A stretch of DNA of 51,401 bases. Origin: a virus (lineage: Duplodnaviria > Caudoviricetes). The stretch is taken from positions 1 through 51,401 of the IMG/VR virus record IMGVR_UViG_3300023297_000013; one strand, given 5' to 3'. The translations under genes were made by a program, and so were the position numbers. Of the stretch, positions 46,571 to 51,401 are shown piece by piece (within the stretch, counting starts at the first letter, position 1; the number at the start of each line of letters is the position of its first letter). The notes under the pieces are model-generated. The model worked only from the letters and a program-made list of their open reading frames with translations, made no database searches and was not told the DNA's origin.

Positions 46571-46777
46571 TTAGCCGCAGTGCCCTTCTGGAACAGGGTC
46601 TACGAGAATATTTCGTTCGTTGATTTCATAGTAACAATCCTTGTAATCAGTGTTGGTTCTTTTAAATAAATTATCTAAAAACTCCGTCGCTTCTTCACAA
46701 GAAGTACCACTAAAGCCATGAGCAGAAACTTCTATCGCCCCATCTTTACCGACAATGATTTCCACTGTTTTACTCAT
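46571..46777 (-). CDS. DUF2997-like protein
   Basis: IIVGKDGAIEV...GFSGTSCEEAT...YY motif. Confidence 0.8.
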   Translation of the reverse strand: MSKTVEIIVGKDGAIEVSAHGFSGTSCEEATEFLDNLFKRTNTDYKDCYYEINERNILVDPVPEGHCG

Positions 46778-46805
46778 ATTTTATCCTCCTTATTAAATTA
46801 GTTTA

Positions 46806-46862
46806 CCTCATCAGTACATAAGTTACCATCTTATGCAGACTCGGGCTACGCCCGAGTTTCGG
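46806..46862 (-). ncRNA. type II hammerhead ribozyme, copy 4
   Basis: Identical 57-nt core; 3' tail ACTA instead of ACCA. Confidence 0.92.
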
Positions 46863-46868
46863 ATTAGA

Positions 46869-47864
46869 TTAAATTGATTTTTTAATTCTGTAGAAGCTTT
46901 CATTCTGTGTCATTACCAAAGTAATTTCCATTCCCTCTTTTTTAAAACGACGGATGTTTCCCTTAACTCTACCATTTGCCTTTTTTGTAGGTAACTTAAA
47001 TTCCTTTTCCAAAAGGCCGACAAGCTCTGAAAGACTTATCCCCTTAATCATTTGTTCTTTAATCAAATCAGTGATTCTTTGTCTTACTGATTTTTCTTTT
47101 GGTTCTTTTAATTCTTTCTTATCAGCTTTCTTATCAGCTTTCTTATCAGCTTTCTTATCAGCTTTTTTATCACGTCTTTTTATTACTTTTTTATCACGTC
47201 TTTTTATTACTTTTTTATTTACTTTTTTATTTACTTTTTTATTTACTTTTCTCAAAGGGTCATTTTTTTCTTCAAACCCTTTTGGAAGAGTAACATTCGC
47301 CCTGTCATAAGCTGTTCGAAGAGCTTTTCTACAGGCCGTAACGTATCCTTTTGGTATTTTTTCATTTTTGTTTTCCCATAAAATATCAAGTTCGTTCAAA
47401 TGAAATAATGCTTTTTTGGAAACTTCCTGGTCAACATTATCAAAGAAAGGAAAGCCTGATGGAATATGAATTATCTGAACTACTCCACCTGACTTTTGTT
47501 TTGCTTCAAAGCAAGGAATTTTTATTCCTTCTACTTCTTCTTTTACTTCTTCTTTTACTTCTTCTTTTACTTCTTCTTTTACTTCTTCTTTTACTTCTTT
47601 TTTTGACTTCTTAACGGACTTGATTATGGGCTTGACAGGAGCAATAGACTTCTTTACTTCCTTTTTTAATCCTTTTGTCAAAGCTTCTGCAATTGTATCT
47701 TTAAAAACTTTGTAAGCCTTACATTTCGCACAGCTAACATCTTTAAGAGAAGCTTTCTTGTCCACAATCAAACCAGCCTGTTTTTTGTCGCAAAGTGCGC
47801 AACCATCAATTACTACATGAAGTACTCTTCCCTTTGGTGATTTTCCAAATTTTAATGCTGTCAT
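46869..47864 (-). CDS. Lys-rich hypothetical protein with N-terminal zinc finger and low-complexity repeats
   Basis: H...C...CAKC; EVKE, KKVN, KKAD repeats from 12-nt tandem units. Confidence 0.75.
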   Translation of the reverse strand: MTALKFGKSPKGRVLHVVIDGCALCDKKQAGLIVDKKASLKDVSCAKCKAYKVFKDTIAEALTKGLKKEVKKSIAPVKPIIKSVKKSKKEVKEEVKEEVKEEVKEEVKEEVEGIKIPCFEAKQKSGGVVQIIHIPSGFPFFDNVDQEVSKKALFHLNELDILWENKNEKIPKGYVTACRKALRTAYDRANVTLPKGFEEKNDPLRKVNKKVNKKVNKKVIKRRDKKVIKRRDKKADKKADKKADKKADKKELKEPKEKSVRQRITDLIKEQMIKGISLSELVGLLEKEFKLPTKKANGRVKGNIRRFKKEGMEITLVMTQNESFYRIKKSI

Positions 47865-47898
47865 AATAATCCCCCTTTTATTTATTTATTTTGGTTTA

Positions 47899-47955
47899 CC
47901 TCATCAGTACATAAGTTACCATCTTATGCAGACTCGGGCTACGCCCGAGTTTCGG
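47899..47955 (-). ncRNA. type II hammerhead ribozyme, copy 5
   Basis: Identical 57-nt core to copy 1. Confidence 0.93.
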
Positions 47956-47961
47956 TTATGT

Positions 47962-48885
47962 TTAAAATGAATCGATAAGTTTTGCAATATCTTTAACTTG
48001 TTTTATATTAAGTTCTTTGTCAATTCCCTTAATAGAATAAGAAAGTTTATTGTCTGTTTCGGTCGTTGCTATCACCTTTAACTTTTTATAGTGAACTTCT
48101 TTCGAATCATCAAAAACAACCATTCGTTGATTTCTACCATATGAATGACTGTAACGGTTCAAGATTTCTTCTTTCGTAATTCCGAAGGCCTCAATTAACT
48201 TCTCAATAAAAGTTGACTTTTTTTCTCTCTTTATTGCCATCTTTTCTGCCGCTTTCGTAATCTCAAGAATTATTTTCTCAATTCTTTTGTGAAGACTCTG
48301 TGCTAAGTTCTTTGCACCAAAATCTTTTTTTAACCTATCAGCAGAATAAGAATATAAACTACAACCAATTTTTAAGGAATAGCCTGTCTGCCGATAATTA
48401 ATACTTCTACTATATACGCCTTCTCTATATATAGAAAACATTACCGAAGCATTATTTTCACCTTCATAAAATTTCCTGATTATTTTCGTATTTTTTTCAT
48501 TAAGAAAATAATCAGGATTTTCTTTTTTTAAGTCGGCTTCAAGCTGTTTCCAGTTTTTTGCTTCCTCAAGTACTGCGGCCTTTTGTGCAATCTCTCTTAT
48601 AATTTCTCGCTCGCATTTTTTACACTGACCATTAGGATTTAAAGCACTTTTAATATCAACTCTTTTATGACAGACGTTACATTCGACAGCATCTCTGGCA
48701 CAAATAAAATCAGATTTAATAACCAACTTTTGTTCAAGCTCTTCAGCCTTGTTTATTAAGGTTTGCAGTGCATGAACTTTTTTAATTTCATTGTAAACCT
48801 TTATATCCGCGACCTTAACCTTGTCAGGATAACCATTTTTACCAACAATGATTTCTATTGTTTCACCATTATTAACTTCTTTCAT
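47962..48885 (-). CDS. hypothetical protein with CxxC...CxxC
   Basis: 307-aa ORF with AGGAGG RBS after ribozyme 6. Confidence 0.75.
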   Translation of the reverse strand: MKEVNNGETIEIIVGKNGYPDKVKVADIKVYNEIKKVHALQTLINKAEELEQKLVIKSDFICARDAVECNVCHKRVDIKSALNPNGQCKKCEREIIREIAQKAAVLEEAKNWKQLEADLKKENPDYFLNEKNTKIIRKFYEGENNASVMFSIYREGVYSRSINYRQTGYSLKIGCSLYSYSADRLKKDFGAKNLAQSLHKRIEKIILEITKAAEKMAIKREKKSTFIEKLIEAFGITKEEILNRYSHSYGRNQRMVVFDDSKEVHYKKLKVIATTETDNKLSYSIKGIDKELNIKQVKDIAKLIDSF

Positions 48886-48926
48886 AATAATCCTCCTTTT
48901 AAATGTTTATTAATTATTTTGGTTTA

Positions 48927-48983
48927 CCTCATCAGTACATAAGTTACCATCTTATGCAGACTCGGGCTACGCCCGAGTTTCGG
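48927..48983 (-). ncRNA. type II hammerhead ribozyme, copy 6
   Basis: Identical 57-nt core; abuts the stop codon at 48984. Confidence 0.93.
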
Positions 48984-49214
48984 TTAGTAAATACATTTTT
49001 TAGATAGTAAATGCAAATCATCTTCTGTTAAATAACTATTATTGTAAAGACCGGTTTTTATTGGAACTTTAATTCTTTCAGGAGCCCGTTTCCATCGCTT
49101 AACTTTTCCAGTGACTCTCCATCTTTGAGAAGAACCATCAGCATTTTTATTTATTGTGTGATATAGTATTTGTCCAATTTCTAATTTTTTTGCTTCTTCT
49201 AAAGTCAAAGTCAT
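48984..49214 (-). CDS. conserved small phage hypothetical protein
   Basis: NKNADG...RWRVTGKVKRWK...VPIKTGLY; AGGAGG RBS. Confidence 0.75.
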   Translation of the reverse strand: MTLTLEEAKKLEIGQILYHTINKNADGSSQRWRVTGKVKRWKRAPERIKVPIKTGLYNNSYLTEDDLHLLSKKCIY

Positions 49215-49241
49215 AATATATCCTCCTTATTAATTTTGGTT

Positions 49242-49305
49242 GCCTCATCAGTATCTGAATACCATTTCAGACAGACACCGAGGCTTTACGCCCCAGTGTT
49301 TCGGC
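49242..49305 (-). ncRNA. type II hammerhead ribozyme, copy 7 (divergent stems, intact core)
   Basis: GCC-GAAA-CACTGGGGC(GTAAA)GCCTCGGTG-TC/TGTCTGAA(ATGGTA)TTCAGATA-CTGATGA-GGC. Confidence 0.92.
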
Positions 49306-49317
49306 CTTTATTTACCC

Positions 49318-49515
49318 TTATTTACCTTTCGTGTAAATGTTTAAACCAATCATCGCACCACCAGTTTCCGGGATTTCACGGTTCCCAAGGGTCGATGAAA
49401 TTCTTGTATTTCCTTTTGGAGTAGTTTGTCCACGATGCTTTAAGTTGATTTCCAGTGTAAGCTTATTTCCCTTTACTTCATACTTTACATTTTCCGTTCC
49501 TTCTAACTTGTTCAT
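49318..49515 (-). CDS. conserved small hypothetical protein
   Basis: ISSTLGN...IGLNIY motif; AGGAGG RBS. Confidence 0.75.
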   Translation of the reverse strand: MNKLEGTENVKYEVKGNKLTLEINLKHRGQTTPKGNTRISSTLGNREIPETGGAMIGLNIYTKGK

Positions 49516-49556
49516 AATAATCCTCCTTTTAAATGTTTATTAATTATTTTGGTTTA

Positions 49557-49613
49557 CCTCATCAGTACATAAGTTACCATCTTATGCAGACTCGGGCTAC
49601 GCCCGAGTTTCGG
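49557..49613 (-). ncRNA. type II hammerhead ribozyme, copy 8
   Basis: Identical 57-nt core to copy 1. Confidence 0.93.
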
Positions 49614-49616
49614 ATT

Positions 49617-49934
49617 TTACATACCATTCTTTTTTCTAATTTTTTCTAAATTATCTTTTGTTTTCCATAAGATTGCAAGCCTCCAGAATCCTTCTGGATT
49701 AAGGTATTTATTGTATTCCTTTAAAAAATTCAATTCCCTTTCTTCTTCATCTGTTAAATTAAAATTGAATTTATTATCAATTTCTTTTTGCATCAAATCC
49801 ATTGTTCTGGCGGCATCAGCCTTATCATCAGCATAATAACATCTGCTTTCTACTCTTTTATTATTTTCATAATAAACAACTACCCATTCACAATAATCTT
49901 TTTTATATCTTAATTTTAAAATTGGCTTTGACAT
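49617..49934 (-). CDS. hypothetical protein, first gene of the early region
   Basis: AGGAGG RBS; YYADDKADA motif. Confidence 0.75.
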   Translation of the reverse strand: MSKPILKLRYKKDYCEWVVVYYENNKRVESRCYYADDKADAARTMDLMQKEIDNKFNFNLTDEEERELNFLKEYNKYLNPEGFWRLAILWKTKDNLEKIRKKNGM

Positions 49935-50766
49935 ATTTCCTCCTTAATTTAATTAGTTTATTTATAAGTTTCTACCTACTTAAAACCTATAATAAAAGGC
50001 TGTAGAGTTAACTACAAATAACCACAAATAATATTATAAGCTTTAAGTAGGCCACGATTTAAAACGAGTAGGCACTCAAATCGTGACTCACTAAAGGAGG
50101 AGGATTTTTTGCATCACCTTGCACCCTTACTCAGCTTATTCGGGGTGGTGTTTCCAGCATGTCTTAATGGATTTACTTTAGCATAAAAAATTATTAAAGA
50201 CAAAAAGCCTGCTTTATTAAACTAACATAATAAAGTCTATAATTTTTATTTTCAAACCAAGGAATTTAAAGACCCGCAATTCTACTGGATTTTAAGAGTG
50301 ATGGCTAACTTGTTCGCTTCTAATTAAGGAGGCTGATTTAACCTGTCAAATATAATTATATTTTTTACTTTTTAGCTGTCGGACACTACTGTCTTTTGAC
50401 GCTGGTAATTATTGGGTCGCCCCTATACCTTTATAGCAAAAAAGAAATTAATTATATCATTTCCCGCACAACGACGTTAAAATCCGGTTAAAGCCTTAAC
50501 ACGCCCTCCTATTTTTCTTTCGGTCAGGGCGAATATAAGTTAAGTAGCGAGGTAAGACAGCCACCCTATATCCAAACCTGAATTTCCAAAAAACAAGAAA
50601 ATTTCTTAAAAAACAAGAAAAAAGCCTGTTTTAACTAAAAATTTCATTCAACTCAGCTTTCCAAACGGTCTTTTTGACATTTTAGGCTATCCAAGCTTAT
50701 TTAAGGCTTCCGATGGGTGTGCCCGACTTTGTTAAAAAACCCGTTTTTACTAACTTTTGTTGCCTA

Positions 50767-50778
50767 TGTAAAAGAACA
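50767..50778 (-). promoter_or_regulatory. boxA-like antitermination motif TGTTCTTTTACA
   Basis: Close to the boxA consensus TGCTCTTTAACA; a possible promoter (TTTACA-17 nt-AATAGT) lies about 20-50 nt upstream. Confidence 0.45.
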
Positions 50779-51159
50779 ATTTAAACTTATCGTAAGTGAA
50801 CTATTACATACAAATAGTGCCTTGTAAAGGATTAAATGACCTTTTTATCATTTATTTGCAAATAAATTGATTTTAGGGCGTTTTTTAAATAAAGGGGCAT
50901 AATAGACTCATATAGGCATTTTATAATAAAGGGACATAATGGCCTTATTTTAGAATAAAAAGGGTTCTGAGGGTCTGTGAGGAAGCTTATTTTTAATGTG
51001 AGCTGTTACGTGCTAAAATAAGGTGTCAAAATTAAGATTATTTTAAAAGGTTATTAATTTGTAGTTATTTGTAGTTATTTGTAGTTATTTGTAGTTAACT
51101 CTATAAATAAAGCCTTAAAAATAACTAAAGGTTAAAAGGCCGCTACAGCCTGTTAAAAA

Positions 51160-51401
51160 TTAAAGGTTAAGGTTTTGCCCGCATTTAACTATTAATGCTG
51201 CCGCCGAATTAGTTGGACTGAAAACTATAATGCTTCCTGTTTTAACATCAGTATTAAAAACAGAATTGATATTATATCCTGAAGAGCAACTAAATGTTTC
51301 AGCAGTAGTGAAGTTTAGATTCTTTGCAGTTATTCTTTTTGTTTCACCCGTAGCCTTATTTGTAGTATCTGACACATCTCTTGTCGTGAGATAATCACCA
51401 T
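51160..51401 (-). CDS. 3' part of a gene running off the window, possibly virion-associated
   Basis: Frame is open to the window end: GDYLTTRDVSDTTNKATGETKRIT. Confidence 0.55.
   Translation of the reverse strand, partial: GDYLTTRDVSDTTNKATGETKRITAKNLNFTTAETFSCSSGYNINSVFNTDVKTGSIIVFSPTNSAAALIVKCGQNLNL

Noticed and set aside
48959-49589. Two consecutive ribozyme fragments both 315 nt long
   Set aside because: The other five fragments differ widely, so it is most likely coincidence
43818-49613. Repeats as a CRISPR array, integron attC sites or REP/terminator hairpins
   Set aside because: The spacers are whole genes of variable length, no cas or integrase gene is present, no U-tract follows, and the repeat carries a complete hammerhead core with covariation
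773-50005. Plus-strand ORFs in the ORF track (for example 4047-4499, 17065-17496, 18509-18955, 34213-34698)
   Set aside because: They are antisense shadows of minus-strand genes, rich in Phe/Ser/Leu from A-rich codons, with no recognisable motifs
50320-50349. TTGACA-based sigma70 promoter inside the leader (minus strand)
   Set aside because: There is no acceptable -10 hexamer at 16-18 nt spacing

Overview
AT-rich segment of a large tailed dsDNA phage genome (Caudoviricetes-like; host not determinable), with essentially all real genes on the minus strand. In transcription order (high to low coordinate): an approx. 850-nt non-coding leader with a boxA-like motif; an early region (49934-42914) of small genes plus a Ycf46-type AAA ATPase/DUF2997/DUF1257/DUF3150 set, cut into cassettes by EIGHT type II hammerhead ribozymes (six identical, two covarying variants), each placed between genes just ahead of an RBS; a replication block (SF2 helicase, primase, putative origin, DnaB-like helicase, three aberrant tRNA-like RNAs, clamp, clamp loader); embedded in that block, a translationally coupled five-gene cluster (SPL-like radical SAM, TET-associated-type glycosyltransferase, sulfotransferase, radical SAM/SPASM, APS kinase) that suggests a sulfated, glycosylated DNA base; a DnaE polymerase with a C-terminal family-4 uracil-DNA glycosylase domain; recombination genes (UvsY-like, gp32-like SSB, RecA, 5'-3' exonuclease, split Rad50 plus Mre11, endonuclease VII); nucleotide genes (DUF5664, internally deleted thyX); terminase; a sugar C-methyltransferase and a frameshifted gmd; and many small hypothetical genes. 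All protein calls come from motif recognition by eye; no searches were run.
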